From: Ctenodactylus gundi
Taxonomy: Eukaryota
DNA: 64,000 nucleotides
Direction: 5' to 3'
NCBI GenBank assembly: GCA_048771875.1
Contig: CM109709.1
Location: forward strand, 44,196,541 to 44,260,540
Shown here: piece by piece, positions 25,511 to 38,195 of the stretch
How positions within the stretch are numbered: position 1 is the first letter of the stretch
Layout: each line of letters begins with the position of its first letter
Position numbers and translations under genes: made by a program
The notes under the pieces: model-generated
Told to the model about the DNA's origin: nothing
What the model saw: the letters and a program-made list of their open reading frames with translations, nothing else
Databases searched by the model: none

Positions 25511-25728
25511 GCTGGGGATATAGCTCAGTGGTTAAAGTGCTTGCCTAGGAAGCACAGGCACTGGGTTCGCTTTCCCAGCACCACATAAGCTGGGTGTGGT
25601 GGTACAATCACAGCTCTAGGGAGGCTGAGGCAGAAGGACTGCTGTAAGTTCAAGGTCAGCCTGAGCTACATTATGAGTTCAAGACCAGCCTAGGCTACAA
25701 GGCAAGACCCTGTCTCAAACTAAAACAA
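25511..25728 (+). repeat. Composite SINE in a TTC5 intron.
   Basis: gggctggggatatagctcagtggttaaagtgcttgcctaggaagcacagg...caagaccctgtctcaaactaaaac. Confidence 0.85.
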
Positions 25729-25929
25729 AATAAAGTGCATTCATTGCCTGGCATACTGTAAAAGCACAAATAATATGAACTAAAACTGTTTAAATGTTTC
25801 ACAAATACTTAAAAGTATAGATTTAAGTGAAAATATTAAGTGTTAAAAGCAACTACTTGGCAGAAGCCAAATTTTTAAAATACTGAAAAAGTAAAATGTA
25901 AACATTCACAAAACTAAGAAATTATTGTA

Positions 25930-26175
25930 AAACATGGACACAACTTGAGACCATCATGCTAGGTGAAGTCAGTCAAGCTCAGGTTAAATATCACATGGTT
26001 TCTCTAATATGAGAAACCCAGAATACATTTTATAAAACAAAATGAATGTGATAGTGGGAAGAAGGAGGGATAAGGGAGGGAGCTGGAGGATCACAAAGTT
26101 GGAGGGGAAGAGAATGCAATATTGACACGATACATATGTGCACAAATTACCCAAGCTCAAGGTAATGATTATGTA

Positions 26176-26226
<51 letters not shown>

Positions 26227-26240
26227 AATAAAAATGGGGG
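25930..26240 (+). mobile_element. Copy C, a diverged 3' portion of the same family with a (CA)n tract near its end.
   Basis: catggtttctctaatatgagaaacccagaatacat...gatacatatgtgcacaaattacccaa...ctctaataaaaatgggg is homologous to the 3' half of copies A and B. Confidence 0.45.
26176..26224. repeat. (CA)n microsatellite.
   Basis: cacacacacaca... Confidence 0.9.
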
Positions 26241-26521
26241 GAAAAATATAGCTCTTCTATCTAAAAGTCTCTAAAAGGAAGGGTAGTCTTCTTTTACTGC
26301 AAATATGAACACAGGGTATTTGTTTTCTTTATTCTGCCATACAGAGCAAAACAACTAATAGTAAGTTAAAAAGCAATTCCCTACATCAATGAAAGTACAC
26401 AAGCAGAACAAAGACTTTGAGGGCTAAATAAAAAATGCTCAGGAGGGTGATGCGAACTTTTCAATGAGTAATCAATAAAAAGTGCCAAAAGCCGGTGGGA
26501 AACTCCAGTAATAGCTAACTG

Positions 26522-26745
26522 GGGACTGGGGGCTCAGTGAGTAGAGCACTTGCCCAGGAAGCACAAGGTCCCACTTTCCATTCCCACAGCACCACATAAA
26601 CTGGGCATGGTGACAAATACCTATTAATCACAGCACTTGGGAGGCTGAGGCAGGATGACTACCAGAAGTTCAAGCCCAGTCTGGACTACATAAGAAGTTC
26701 AGGACCAGCCTGAACTACAGAGCGAGACCTTGTCTCAAAATACTA
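26522..26745 (+). repeat. Composite SINE.
   Basis: ggggactgggggctcagtgagtagagcacttgcccaggaagcacaagg...gcgagaccttgtctcaaaatac. Confidence 0.8.
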
Positions 26746-26904
26746 ATAGGTAATGAAGTGTTCAAAGCCACACATAAAAAGCTGACCTAAAAATGGCCTA
26801 CAAACCTAAGCACAAAATGAGCTCCAATGAGTGAATTCTGTGGAAATGACTCAGGATAGGCTGCATATTTTTTTTCTATTTTAGCCTATGGGCAAACCAC
26901 AACC

Positions 26905-26908
26905 TTTT

Positions 26909-26948
<40 letters not shown>

Positions 26949-26960
26949 TTTTTTTTTTGA
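26905..26960. repeat. (TTTC)n microsatellite.
   Basis: tttctttctttctttc...tttttttttt. Confidence 0.9.
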
Positions 26961-27090
26961 GACAGGGTCTCGCTCTGCAGCCCAGGCTGGTCCTGAACTC
27001 ACCATGTAATCCAGGCTGGCCTCAACAAACAACTATCCTCCTGCTGCAGCCTCCTGAGTGCTGGGATTACAGGCATGCACTACAGAGCCA
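26946..27090 (-). repeat. B1-like SINE preceded by a (TTTC)n tract.
   Basis: T-run gagacagggtctcgctctgcagcccaggctggtcctgaactcaccatgtaatccagg...cctcctgagtgctgggattacaggcatgcac. Confidence 0.75.
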
Positions 27091-27231
27091 TATTTTTAAC
27101 AGTGAATTTGAGGATAAGACTTATCTACACTTAAATATTATAGTTTTCACTTTTCTTTGAAACAAATTCACAAATATGAATAAGCATTACTTAAATAGGC
27201 TTTTTTTTCCCCCATTACAAAAACCAGACAT

Positions 27232-27350
27232 TCCCAGGCAGATGGTAGACGCTGTAGTCCCCGCACTCAAGAGGCTGCAGCAGGAAGATCACAAATTCAA
27301 AGCTAGACAGTGCTACACAGCAAGACCTTTTCTCAAAAAAGGGGAAAAAA
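27232..27350 (+). repeat. B1-like SINE.
   Basis: gctgtagtccccgcactcaagaggctgcagcaggaagatcacaaattcaaagc...gaccttttctcaaaaaagggg. Confidence 0.6.
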
Positions 27351-27636
27351 AGATGAACACACTGGAACAGGCTCTGTGACTTAATTCTCCATGCCTGTAA
27401 GAAACCTACAAAGCTCATGGTATCAAGGCATCATAATGCAAGTAGTTCTTAACACTCAACTTCTAAGAAGATATAAGCCATCCCTGCAGACATGGCTTTG
27501 CAAAAGCACACCCATGGGGTGTCAGCAAACCCTGCCCACGCTGCTCACTAAAGAACCACCAGGTAGATGGAAGACGCTCGCTTCCGCTCCTGTTGAGGCC
27601 TCTCTTCAGGCAGCCTGGGCAACCATAACTACTTAC

Positions 27637-27728
27637 TGCTTGGGCATAGGCACTGAGGGCTTGCTGGGAGATCTTAGGGTTCTGGCCGGTATTGAAATAA
27701 AGAGAAAGGTATGCATTCCCCAGGATAT
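27637..27728 (-). CDS. TTC5: TTC5 coding exon 5 ([31 protein letters not shown]).
   Basis: Acceptor is cttgcag|at and donor is gca|gtaagt. Positions were checked against the + ORF 27391..27771 frame. Confidence 0.85.
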
Positions 27729-28076
27729 CTGCAAGGGAAACAGTGGCGGATCATCTCGGAGGCCAAGGTGAAGAAAATATGACCCCTTCCGGTCACGCTT
27801 CTAAGCCTACCTGAAAGGCTGCAGACTGGATACATCCAGGGATGAGACTACACCAAAAACCCAACCAGGACAGGGAGATAAACAGGAAATCCCAAACAGA
27901 AAGGAATGAACTTTTACAAAAGCCTCGTCTTAAAAGGAAATGTACACCCAAAAGATCCGAGCATACTAAGAACAGTGGTTCTCCAAAGTATCTTTTGGGC
28001 TTCTTTTGTCACCCTCAGAGTCAAGCTCAAGAGATGAGACCCCGAAGCTAGCTGGAGATCTTTCGAGAGCACTCAC

Positions 28077-28227
28077 ACCAGGAGCGGCCATCCAGGACAT
28101 CCATCTGCACAGCCAACTTGGCCTGCCGCACGCTGTCCATGACATGGCGAGAACGCTCATCTTCGCTGTCAGCCCGCAACTGGCGGAGCACCATTGACAG
28201 GTTTTGTAGAGAGACTTTGTTCTTGCA
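28077..28227 (-). CDS. TTC5: TTC5 coding exon 4 ([17 protein letters not shown]...[12 protein letters not shown]), ending in phase 1.
   Basis: Minus ORF 28048..28233. Acceptor is ttttgcag|tgc and donor is tggt|gtgagt. Confidence 0.88.
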
Positions 28228-28618
28228 CTGCAAAAGGAAGAGACATTCTCAACCTTCCTAATTCTAGCTCCCCTTGCAAGATCCACTCTGGCATCAATCT
28301 TCTCCTAAATCAAATTTTCATCTTAAGTCCTGCTGCCACCTGCAGCCTAGACGCCCACCTGCAGGATGAATTTGGTTGCTTATTTTTCTGCACTTTCCAC
28401 CTGCGTGTACACTTGACTCCATCACCGCTTTCCTTTCCTACTATCCTAGCCCTAATATTTTTCATCCAGGACTGCTCCCCACTCTTCCTCCCTACTGCTT
28501 CTGTTCTCTTATTCAGAATCACTTCTGATCTGGTATTCCTGTCCATGGAAAATTCCGAGAACCAAAGGAATCCCATCCTCCCCATCTGTGTCTTCCGAGC
28601 AGGCGGTGGGCAGCTCAC

Positions 28619-28830
28619 ATGCGTGAGGGCTCCCGAGAAGCAGGTGTGGGCAGCTGCAACATCCCCTTTCTTCCAGTAGACCTCACCCAGCTGGTTCCAG
28701 GCTTCCACCAGCTCAGGTTCCAGCTTCACCGCCTTTGACAAAAGCTCCTCAGCCTTAGGGCTATAATCAGGAGTCACATTCAGTGCCTTCCCTGTTAGCA
28801 TTAGAGCCTGTGCCTGGCCCTGGACAGAAC
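28619..28830 (-). CDS. TTC5: TTC5 coding exon 3 ([71 protein letters not shown]).
   Basis: Minus ORF 28310..28960. Acceptor is cctag|gt and donor is cat|gtgagc. Near-identical to the human TTC5 TPR region. Confidence 0.88.
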
Positions 28831-29921
28831 CTAGGAAGAAGAGAAAAAGACAAGGAGAGTGGAAAAACCCAAGCACTGAAAGACCAGGGCATATTTCCTC
28901 AAGAATAACCCATGCCACCTCTAAAGAAGGGAAAGAGTTGAATAAAATCTTTATCAACAAACCATCTACTAAAAGCCTACCATGTTCAGAATCCTACAGA
29001 AGGTAATTGGGTAACAAGGCATTACTTCCACCCTAGAGAAGATTATAAGCTATAAAGACAAAGTATGTACACAGAAAATTAAAATAACAACACAAAGCAC
29101 AGTGCAGGCATAAAATGAATGGGCTTTAAAAATTGAAGGGAAAAAAAAAAAAAAGACAAGTTGTCCCAGGTTACAGCACTTGTCACAAGATGGGTGTCCA
29201 ACCTGATGAAAGAAAAAGGTCCCTCAATAAACTAGTCAGGAATGAATTAGCTAAAAAACAAGGGTGAGTCGATGCAGACTTGACTACCAGGTTAAGAGTT
29301 AGACTCAGCCAGTCAAAAGGGAGAATTTTTAAAGATGCTTGTTCAGACAGAGAATAGGGGGATGAAATGCATGAAGTAATGACTCAGAAAGACAACTGTG
29401 GCTAAGAGTGTATGTATGCAAACTGACCTGGAAGTGAATAAGTGAATTAGTGGCACAAAGACTAGGTCAGTATACTACTGCAACACTTCACTGGCCATGT
29501 TCATTTATTCTACGTCATGTGCTACAATCAAACTTTGAGAAAAGTTGCTTCAAAAATGAAAAGTTGCTATCCTGTACAAGGTCCTTTCCAAGAAATACTG
29601 TTCCACCAACCTCCTGCAGCCACAAACAGGGTGTCAAATAGTCTACAGAGAGAGCAAAATGCTCTTATATCAGTAAAGGGCAAGGGTCGCACACTGTTTA
29701 GAGCAGAGGTCCTCCATTCCCAAGCCACTGGTATCAGCCTGTGGCCTTGGAAGGACCAGGTTGCCCAGACAGATGAGCAAACCTCCACCAGTTAGGACAC
29801 TCCTAGCAAGGTCTAATGTCACTACCGCTCTAACAGGAGGCAGAGCTTCGCCCACCCTCCCACCCCAAACTGCTCAATCTTGGGGAGAAAACCAGTCCTC
29901 GGTGTCCATTCACTGCTTTAC

Positions 29922-30054
29922 CCAAAACTTCCTCCATCTGCTGCAAGGTCTTCTCCATCTTTTCCCGCACATCCTGTTGCTTCCGCCCAGCATCCTCAAC
30001 ACTGTGTGTCTCAAAATAGCAGTCTCGAAATGAATACAGCTGATCCACCAGTTC
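29922..30054 (-). CDS. TTC5: TTC5 coding exon 2 ([29 protein letters not shown]...MEEVL), ending in phase 1.
   Basis: Minus ORF 29830..30048. Acceptor is cctag|gaa and donor is ttgg|gtaaag. Strong identity to human TTC5. Confidence 0.85.
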
Positions 30055-31261
30055 CTAGGAGGCAGGAGCAGGATGCCATTAGTAGAGACAGCACCTGACA
30101 AGGAAATCTGAAATTGACTAACAATATCAGCTGACCTTATTAACAGAAATACTGATTTCTTATTTCACTTAGACACGGACAACAGGCAGGTGGGCATATC
30201 TCCCAAAATGCCACAGATCATGAGGAAAGGTGCCAGTGTTGTAGGCCCCTAAGCCCCTCTCCTGGTTCCACATTATCCCATCCCAATCTCTGTACTACAA
30301 TGACAACTCTGTCTCCCAGGTCCAGCAGAATTTCCAACGTAACTAAGCAGTCAGGAGGGAAACACTGCCCCACCTGAGATAAACCAAAGGTTAAAAAGAT
30401 TACTCTATCTGGTTCTAATTCCCTAAGAATAAAACTCAAATTTACCCTTAAAACTAGACTTCAAAGGTCAGTCTAGCACTGTGGGGGGCGGGGAGGGAGG
30501 AAGCACTTCCAAACAAAAACAACTTTATCCCTGACTTTTCATATGCTAATAGATGAAAACATAACATGACCTTTCTGAATATGATAAATATGTGGGAAAG
30601 GCACTGTTTTCTGCCACAAACACGCTTCTTGTGTTTTAGTTTGGGGTTGTTGTCAAATTACCTTCTAGCTCTCTTGCATTTTTTTGTAGTAAAGGTTCTC
30701 TTCCTTTTTTTCCTTCTCAATTTCTTTCTTCCTCAGATTATTCATTAGTATGTATTTGCAAAACATAATTACTTTCAGCCTGGTGCAACTTATGTGTGTG
30801 TGCATTTGTGTGTGTGTGTGCAGCTTAACCATTTTTACTTCCCTTTCCCTCCCTGCTGTCTCCCTCCTTCCCCATATGCCCTTCCCCTATCTCCTTGTGT
30901 CCTACCACCACTCTTTCATTTGCTCTTTTATTTATTTTTGCCTTCTCACAGTAGGGAAACTATGTACTTCTTAAGCTTCTGTGTTTGATTTATTTAACTA
31001 TGCATGTGGGTCTTTTAAATATCTCTGGATTTACCTGTAATACCAACCAAGTCACTATTCTTTTCTGAAAATAGAAACAAAAATATGTAGCAGTCTATCA
31101 AGTTTTCTAAAATACTTCTACAAAATATATTAAATTCATTCATCTCCATGCCACTGTGACCATTCTAGACAAAACCAGTTTCATTACTTGCCTGGACTAC
31201 TGCAATAAAGAAATACAAATAAATGAATATATATACACATACATATACATAAACACGTAAT

Positions 31262-31465
31262 TTTTTGTAACAGGGTCTTGCTTTGTGGTCCAGGCTGGTC
31301 CTGAATTCACTATGTAACCTATGCTGACCTTGACCTCACAGCAATCCTGCAGAGCCGCTCCAAGTGCTGGGATTATAAGCATGCAACACCTTCTGGGGGA
31401 CCGAACCTGGGGATTTGTGCACACTAGCTAAGAGCTCTCATCACTTAGATACACCCTCAGCCCTG
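31262..31465 (-). repeat. Composite SINE.
   Basis: ttttttgtaacagggtcttgctttgtggtccaggctggtcctgaattcactatgtaacc...ccaagtgctgggattataagcatg... Confidence 0.75.
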
Positions 31466-31577
31466 ACATAACTTACTTGGTTATCTCGCTCCTATCTTCT
31501 ATTCTCTTCATTTGATAAAAGATATATATAATATCACAAACCCTTTGAAGTTTCTAATTATAGAACAAAATCCAATC

Positions 31578-31682
31578 TCGCTATATTGGCCAGGCTGGCC
31601 TTAAATTCACAGTGGTCCTGCTGCCTGCTTCAGCCTCCTAAATCCTAGGATGACAGGCATGCGTACCACCATGCCCAGCTGC
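31578..31682 (-). repeat. B1-like SINE.
   Basis: ggccaggctggccttaaattcacagtggtcctgctgcctgcttcagcctcctaaatcctaggatgacaggcatgcgtaccaccatgcccagc. Confidence 0.65.
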
Positions 31683-32179
31683 AAAGACCCTCAACAATAA
31701 CCATTGTATAGTGAACCTTTTCATATTTCTATCTGCAGATACACAAATATACACACAATGTTTCTAATACGGAGCCAGGACTGAGAACCTATTTCAGCCA
31801 GTCACAACAGGGAATAAAACGAAATCAACCCAAGTCAACTCGATGTGAGATAAAGCCCGCACTCTGGAACCCCATGCTCTGGAAGTGCTATTATTTTAAC
31901 CTGTCCAAAAAAAAAAAAATTAGAACTGAGAAGTTCTAGGGGAAGTAGACAGGAAACCCGGTGTGCCGGCCATTACGGTGCTTGCTGCCAACCTCAAGGT
32001 ATAAAGGTGTGAACGAAATGGCTTTTGTGTGCATTAAAACAACACGCGGTAACACTTCACGCTGCTCGGCCAAGCACATGCATATAGTATTTAAGATGGG
32101 AGGAACTTCATCCCTAAGAATACACAGGAATAAAGTCAGGTGCCACAAATACTCTGCCGAGCAGAAGTGGAACCAACTT

Positions 32180-32570
32180 AACCAGAGCCCAGCACACCAA
32201 CACCCGCCGCCCGTGGCCCAGGAAGCTGCCGCCCCGCGGCGCCTTCCGGGGTTGTTATAGTAACCGCGCAGATGCCCGCGTACGCACACGGGATCCGCGG
32301 GCCCTGCGTGAGTTGACCTCCCTGCTTCTTCCCGAGTGACAAAAGCGCAGGAAGATTTTGAACCTATAGTCGCACCTGCAATTTCTGCAAGATGAACGTA
32401 GCTTCCTCCTCCTCATCAGCCATCGTTCCCCCGCCCAGCACTGGCGTCTCCGCCCCCAACTTTATAACCATAAAGACTCAGGCTCACCCCCAGCGCGGAG
32501 CCACAGCGACATCTAGGGCTCTGGAGGCTTACCTACGCTGGAAGTGTTGCTTCAAACCAATCTAGCCCTA
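32180..32570 (-). promoter_or_regulatory. TTC5: CpG island and promoter of TTC5.
   Basis: Dense CpG runs (ccgcggcgccttccgggg, gcgtacgcacacgggatccgcgggccc) lie immediately 5' of the minus-strand ATG at 32423. No TATA box is visible. Confidence 0.6.
32376..32423 (-). CDS. TTC5: TTC5 coding exon 1 (MADEEEEATFILQKLQ). Donor is cag|gtgcgac.
   Basis: Reverse complement reads atggctgatgaggaggaggaagct..., matching the human TTC5 N-terminus MMADEEEEAKHVLQKLQ. It sits in a CpG island. Confidence 0.75.
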
Positions 32571-33087
32571 TGTCTGCACCTCAAAAATGCTTCATTTTTT
32601 AAAAAGTTAATTTTATGTCATGTGAATATTGTTACCATAAGAAAATTGTTTTTAAAAAAATCTCTATAATCACTTTTGATTTCATAAGCTTCTTTCCTTG
32701 GGGCTGGGAGTGTACCTCAGTGGACAGTGTTTTCCCAGAGTGTACAAAGCTCTCGTTAGATTTCCAGCACTGCCAACCATACACACATACATATATACAT
32801 ACCTTCATGCATACACAAGATAAACCTCTCCCCAATCTTGAAAAAAAGTTCTCAGATTAATTTTATGTATTTAATATCTTCCTATTATTTGTATCAAGTG
32901 TAATACTCTAAAATGAAGACAGGTTAAGACAGTGGGTGACAGTGTTTGAAATTTTGAAGAGAACATAGTACAATGGTAACTGGTTTGAATGTTTCCAAAA
33001 CTTTGCAAATTTTCCGTAAGTGAGTACTTTTATCATTTTGGGCACATTAAAACTAACATTTGAGATAGTGTTACAAGAAGCCATCGT

Positions 33088-33275
33088 GAGCTGGTGCTGT
33101 GATGCAAGCCTGTCACTCTAGCACTCTGGGAGGCTGAGGCAAGAGGATTCTAAGTTTCAGATCTGCTTGGGCAATTTAGCAAGACCCTATCTGTAAATAA
33201 AACTTTTAAAAAAGGGCTGGGAACATAACTCAGAGCAAAGGTGCTGGGTTCAATCCCAGTACCACAAAGTTATGT
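33088..33275 (+). repeat. B1-like SINE followed by a tRNA-like SINE fragment.
   Basis: agcctgtcactctagcactctgggaggctgaggcaagaggattctaag...caagaccctatctgtaaataaaac; then gggctgggaacataactcagagcaaaggtgctgggttcaatcccagtaccac. Confidence 0.6.
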
Positions 33276-33617
33276 CTCTGGAGAGAAAAATGGGACTAGG
33301 AGCTATGGACAAGAAAGGAAATTCTTACACCGTGTACATTTTCTAAAAATTTGAATTATCTAAACCAAGAAAACACAATTTTAAGCCAAAAAAAATTGCT
33401 TCTACATGGACTATCTCTAGAAAAAGATATAAGGCGCTGGCAACAGAATTCACTTCTGAGTGATGAGGGAACAGGGACAGTGTAAGATTTCCACTCTACG
33501 TGCTCCCTGACAGAGCACCTCCACTAAAATTGGAATAAAGGTGAGCACCGCCCAAGCAAGGATAGTATACAGATTTGTGATGCATTTATATTTTTAAAAA
33601 GATTTTCACTCCACATT

Positions 33618-33830
33618 GTTTTTTGTTTTGTTTTGTTTTGTTTTGAGAGGATCTCATTCTGTAGTCCTGGCTGGTCCTGAACTCACTATGGAGCCCAGGC
33701 TTACCTCCAACTAATGACTTCGGCCTCCCAAGTGCTGCAATTACAGACATGCGCCACTACACCCAGTTTACCTGGTTTTGGGAAATAGAACCTAGGGTCT
33801 TGAGCTTGCTAGGCAGGCGCTTTAAAGATC
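33618..33830 (-). repeat. Composite SINE.
   Basis: (gtttt)n gagaggatctcattctgtagtcctggctggtcctgaactcactatggagcccaggc...cctaggtcttgagcttgctaggcaggcgctttaaag. Confidence 0.8.
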
Positions 33831-35259
33831 CCTCTACCCATCTATCCTTCCTTTTGTACCTTTTGAATTTGTAAGATGTGACTGTATCAAACTCTTGAAT
33901 GCATTTTTGAAAGTTGCATACAATATTGCTGACAACTTCTCTTTACTTTGTAAATTATAGCTTACTTGTACTTCAAACTGATTTTGTCAATCTAAAAAAG
34001 TAGCAAAATGTTCATGGGAGAAGCCATGAGTAGACATAAAATCATGGCTTCAAAACATCTTGCACAAAATTTAAAACTGTATAGGGAAAGATAATGTACT
34101 ATAATCTATAAATAAATAAAGGCAGGGATATTTTAAAACTGTTAAGGTTTTTCACCCAGATACCACTTTTCACTTTGGAGTACAGTAAAATAATTTTTGA
34201 ATAAATTTCTACACTCTGTACTCACATGATGAAAATTGCTTGCTATTCAACTACATAATGCAGATACTTGCTTGCTTTTCTACAATGAATAAATATAAAA
34301 ATTTCTCAAATGATTTCCATCTTTTATTACTTAAAAAACAAAAGGCATCCGTCACTGGAAAGGGGAAGGAGAACGATCCCAGCCTGGATAAGCATAATTA
34401 GACACAACACTAAGTTACTGAGACTGTTCTTCAAATTTCTTTCTTTGCTCTATATTTAAGTAATTAAGTGATTAGGCATAATTTAATTTCTGTAATACTC
34501 ATAAATGCTTACAATAAAGGGAATTAAGAAATAAGTAAATTTCCTGTAGTAAAAATGCATTTCTAAGTAAATAAATCCAGGCAATAGTTGATTTACAAAA
34601 AAGGTGAAAGCTTTATTTTAAAATAAATGCCAAAACTTTACAAAATAACTTTTATCAATATAAATTATTTGTAAATACAAACAGGGACTGAACATATAAT
34701 CGATGCATCAAATTATACTGTCATTCACTGATATAACCTTATCTCCAAACAAGTTAATGAGTATAAATACAAACACACAAGCCCAAATAACAAGCCATCG
34801 ATCACCACCACTTTATAAAAACCAAAACTTTTTACATAAAAATACTAGCAAATGCAGCAAAATATCAATGAACCTACATATATGTATAAATGTTAGAATC
34901 CAAAGTGACATGAGACATACAATGGGTGTTTATACAGATCCACATGAATACAGAGCTCAGAAACAGCCAGGCACAAACAACAACCTATAATGTCATCAAT
35001 GATGTGTCCTTTACACCAGTGATGAAAATTCTCCAGTACACACAGAAGCTGAAATTAACAAAATATACATGCTTTAAATAATAGAAATAAAGAAACCAGA
35101 CACTAAGGCCATTTCAAATCCTAATCGCCACTGAATTTCTTGTAAACTGAAAATGTGGTAACGACTTTAAAAACCAAGTATCTCAGAGGTTGATGACTTC
35201 TATCTAGAATGCACATTACACAATAATTCAAATTCCTAAAAACAAACAGGCAAAGCAAG

Positions 35260-35462
35260 CTAGATCCTTTTTACTTTGAAAGCCCTGGTAGGGACTTGCT
35301 GCTGCTCTAAGTCATTACTCTGAGACGCAAAACTAAAAAAGCTGTTGCTAGGTTCAGGCACCGTGGGAGAAGCCACAAAGAAGGGTCTGAAATGAAAATC
35401 TTCATCTCCACCACCCCGATTTCGAACTGGTGTTTTCTCCAAAGAAAACTTGGAATTGTTCC
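35260..35462 (-). CDS. CCNB1IP1: CCNB1IP1 last coding exon (GNNSKFSLEKTPVRNRGGGDEDFHFRPFFVASPTVPEPSNSFFSFASQSNDLEQQQVPTRAFKVKRI, then stop).
   Basis: Minus ORF 35260..35496. Acceptor is ttttttccacctag|gg. The three exons sum to 834 nt, which is 277 aa as in human. Confidence 0.88.
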
Positions 35463-35814
35463 CTAGGTGGAAAAAATTAGAGAAGAGCATGAACATCTAT
35501 TTTCTCCTAGATCTTTTAAGAAAAATGGACAAAAACCGTTCAATAAATATTTCAATAGAACTCATCTTCTATGAGATGAATAAAATGCCAATCTAATACT
35601 AAGTAACAAGAAGGACCATAAAAAAACAAGAAAAAAAAAACATAATATCTCCCACCCTCCCCATGACCACAGCATATAGTACACCTTCTTGTGGGATGCA
35701 ATTTCCAATGATAACCATGATCTCATCAACAAAACTAATTTAACATTATAATGCTTTGGGACACCTAAGATTTATATTATAATTTTTCATTTGTTATCTT
35801 TTTTCTTTCTTTCT

Positions 35815-36020
35815 TCCTTTTTTTGAGACAGGGCCTCATTCTGTAGCCCAGGCTGGTCTTGAACTTACTGGTGTAGCCCAGGCCGGCCTTGGACTCAGGA
35901 CAACAGGCCTGCCTCAGCCTCCCAAGAGCTGGGATTACAGGCCTGTGGAACCATACCCAGCTTTATGTGGAGCTACAAGCACTTTAACCCTTTAACCGCT
36001 GTCCCATTCCTCCAGCACTC
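35815..36020 (-). repeat. Composite SINE in a CCNB1IP1 intron.
   Basis: ttttgagacagggcctcattctgtagcccaggctggtcttgaacttactgg...cctcccaagagctgggattacaggcctg...ccattcctccagcac. Confidence 0.8.
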
Positions 36021-36375
36021 ATTTGTTATCAATTCAACCTACTTCAAAGAAATCACCAATATAACCCTTTGTCCCAGGTTCTTCATTTAAACACTGCAAA
36101 ATGGACTCCAGAAAATATACAACTTAAATACTGGTATTTACACAGGACTCAACACCAATTAGCATAGCTTAAGAAAAATCAGACAACAGAACCGATTAGA
36201 TGAATACTTTATTTTCACTGAACCCTTCTTTGCTTTTTTTACAGGCTTTAAAGGAAAGTGCTCGACTGGCAATGGGAAATGCTGACTATTATCTGTTTCA
36301 AGCTAACAGAGGCAGCAAGGGTAAAAGGTAAAGGCAAACCAGGGGAAAGAAATGGTGACCATGAAAAAAGTCGCA

Positions 36376-36615
36376 GGGCTGGAGGAATGGCTCAGCAGTT
36401 AAAGCACTTGCGCTATGACAAGAGCTACGCACCAGAGTTTGATTCCCCAGCACCACATAAACCAGGCATGGTGGCGCACACCTTTATAATCCCAGCACTC
36501 AGGAGGCTAAGACAGGAGAACTGCCATGAGGTCAAGGCCAGCCTGGCTCCATAATAAGTTTAGGAATAGCCTGGGCTACCAAGCAGGACTCTGTCTCAAA
36601 AAAAAAAAAAAAAGA
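36376..36615 (+). repeat. Composite SINE with a poly(A) tail.
   Basis: gggctggaggaatggctcagcagttaaagcacttgcgctatgacaag...caggactctgtctcaaaaaaaaaaaaaaaag. Confidence 0.85.
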
Positions 36616-36867
36616 AAGAAAGAAATCACAACAAATGTGGACAGTGACAAGAAAAAAGAATATCAACAATGTCTATTAATAACACTTTCATTTGATTGAA
36701 CTATAATATATATAAACAACTAAAAACTAGGCAGAAATTTAATTCATATATTTGATATTCCTTATCTTATTACCTCATATCTTTTATAAGCTATCATTTC
36801 CCCTCACTAAATCTTTTACTTCAGCTTATAATACTTTTTTTTTTTTACTACATAAGTATATAGGAGC

Positions 36868-37060
36868 TGAGGGCATAGATCAGTGATCTGAGAAACTTCC
36901 TCAGAAGCCCAAGGCCCACATAAACTGGACATGGTAGTGCATACCTGTAATCCCAGAACTCAGGAGGCTGAGGCAGGACTACTGCCTTGAATTCAGGGCC
37001 AACCTGCACTACAGAGTGAGTTCAGGAACAGCATGGACTACAAAGTGAGACTGCCTCAAA
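36868..37060 (+). repeat. Composite SINE, diverged.
   Basis: gctgagggcatagatcagtgatctgag...cctgtaatcccagaactcaggaggctgaggcaggactactgcc...gagactgcctcaaaaaat. Confidence 0.7.
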
Positions 37061-37207
37061 AAATAACAGTAAAATATAAAAAAGAATATGTAGGTAAATA
37101 ATGCACAAGAGGTTTTACATTTTTGCATACAAAAAAGCAATTTCTATTAATAGAAAAGCAAAACTCTGCTTTTGTTGCATCAAGAACTCTACAAAGGAAA
37201 AAACTCA

Positions 37208-37485
37208 TGCTGGAGGAATGGCTCAGCGGCTACAACACTTGCCTTGCAAGCGCTTAGGTAAACGCTAAGTACCTGAGTTCGATTCCCTAGCACCACATCA
37301 ACTGGATGTGGTGGCGCATACCTGTAATCCCAGCACTCAGGAAGCTAAGGCAGGAGGATTGCTGTGAGTCCAAGGCCAGCCTGGGCTCCAAAGTGAGTTC
37401 AGGACCAGCCTGGACTATAGAGTGAGGCCCTACCTAAAAAATGAAATAAAATAAAATAAAAATAAAAAAATAAAAAAAAAAACCT
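37208..37485 (+). repeat. Composite SINE with a long A-rich tail.
   Basis: gctggaggaatggctcagcggctacaacacttgccttgcaagcgc...gaggccctacctaaaaaatgaaataaaataaaataaaaat. Confidence 0.85.
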
Positions 37486-38195
37486 CAGGAAGAGAGATGA
37501 GATTTATTCCCTCTGCAAGGCATCTATCTAACAAGCAGAAAAAAAAGCTGGTTTCATCTTAGATTATGAACTTCCAGAGGGCTGTAATGTATCTGGACAA
37601 TTTTTATATTCTCATTGTTGAGAATTGTAACTAACAACCTGGTACATGAAACATAGCTTGCAAGTATTTGATCAGTAAATAAAAGTATAAACAAAAGAAT
37701 CAATCAACCAACTGACAATAACTTAAGAACTATGGCAACAGTATTGGCCAGTGAAAGAAAATGAAACGTGACCTTCCTAGAGGATGGCAATAGTAGTGAT
37801 GGCTAAGAGGGCGGGCACTGGGAATCTTGACTAAGTTATTAGGCATAACAATACTCCCCACCTCAAGAGTTACGTGGATAAAATGCTTATTACTTAGTAA
37901 GCAATCAATATATTGCAGCCAATATTATACTAATGCAACAAGTAGCTTTCAAGTTAATGTGCAAATTTGGAAACTTATTTTGGAGAGATTAATTGTGTTC
38001 AAATTAAACATGTTCCTCAAAGGTACGCAAACAGATAAAAGCAGTAACGTATGAGCTGAGACATGGACAGAGAACCCACAGCCTCCTCTGACCCTGCACC
38101 TTGGAGTTTCCACTAACTGTATAAACCATGCAGAGCACAGTACAAAAGTCACTGATTTAAAGAACAGGTATCAGATATCATATGGGGTTTCTTAC

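Noticed and set aside
27176-27420. Plus and minus ORFs of 67 aa near TTC5 exon 5.
   Set aside because: They overlap a B1-like SINE and intron sequence, and the translations look like SINEs.
28194-28679. Plus ORF of 161 aa.
   Set aside because: It is antisense to TTC5 exon 3 and intron 3. The coding signal there belongs to TTC5 on the minus strand.
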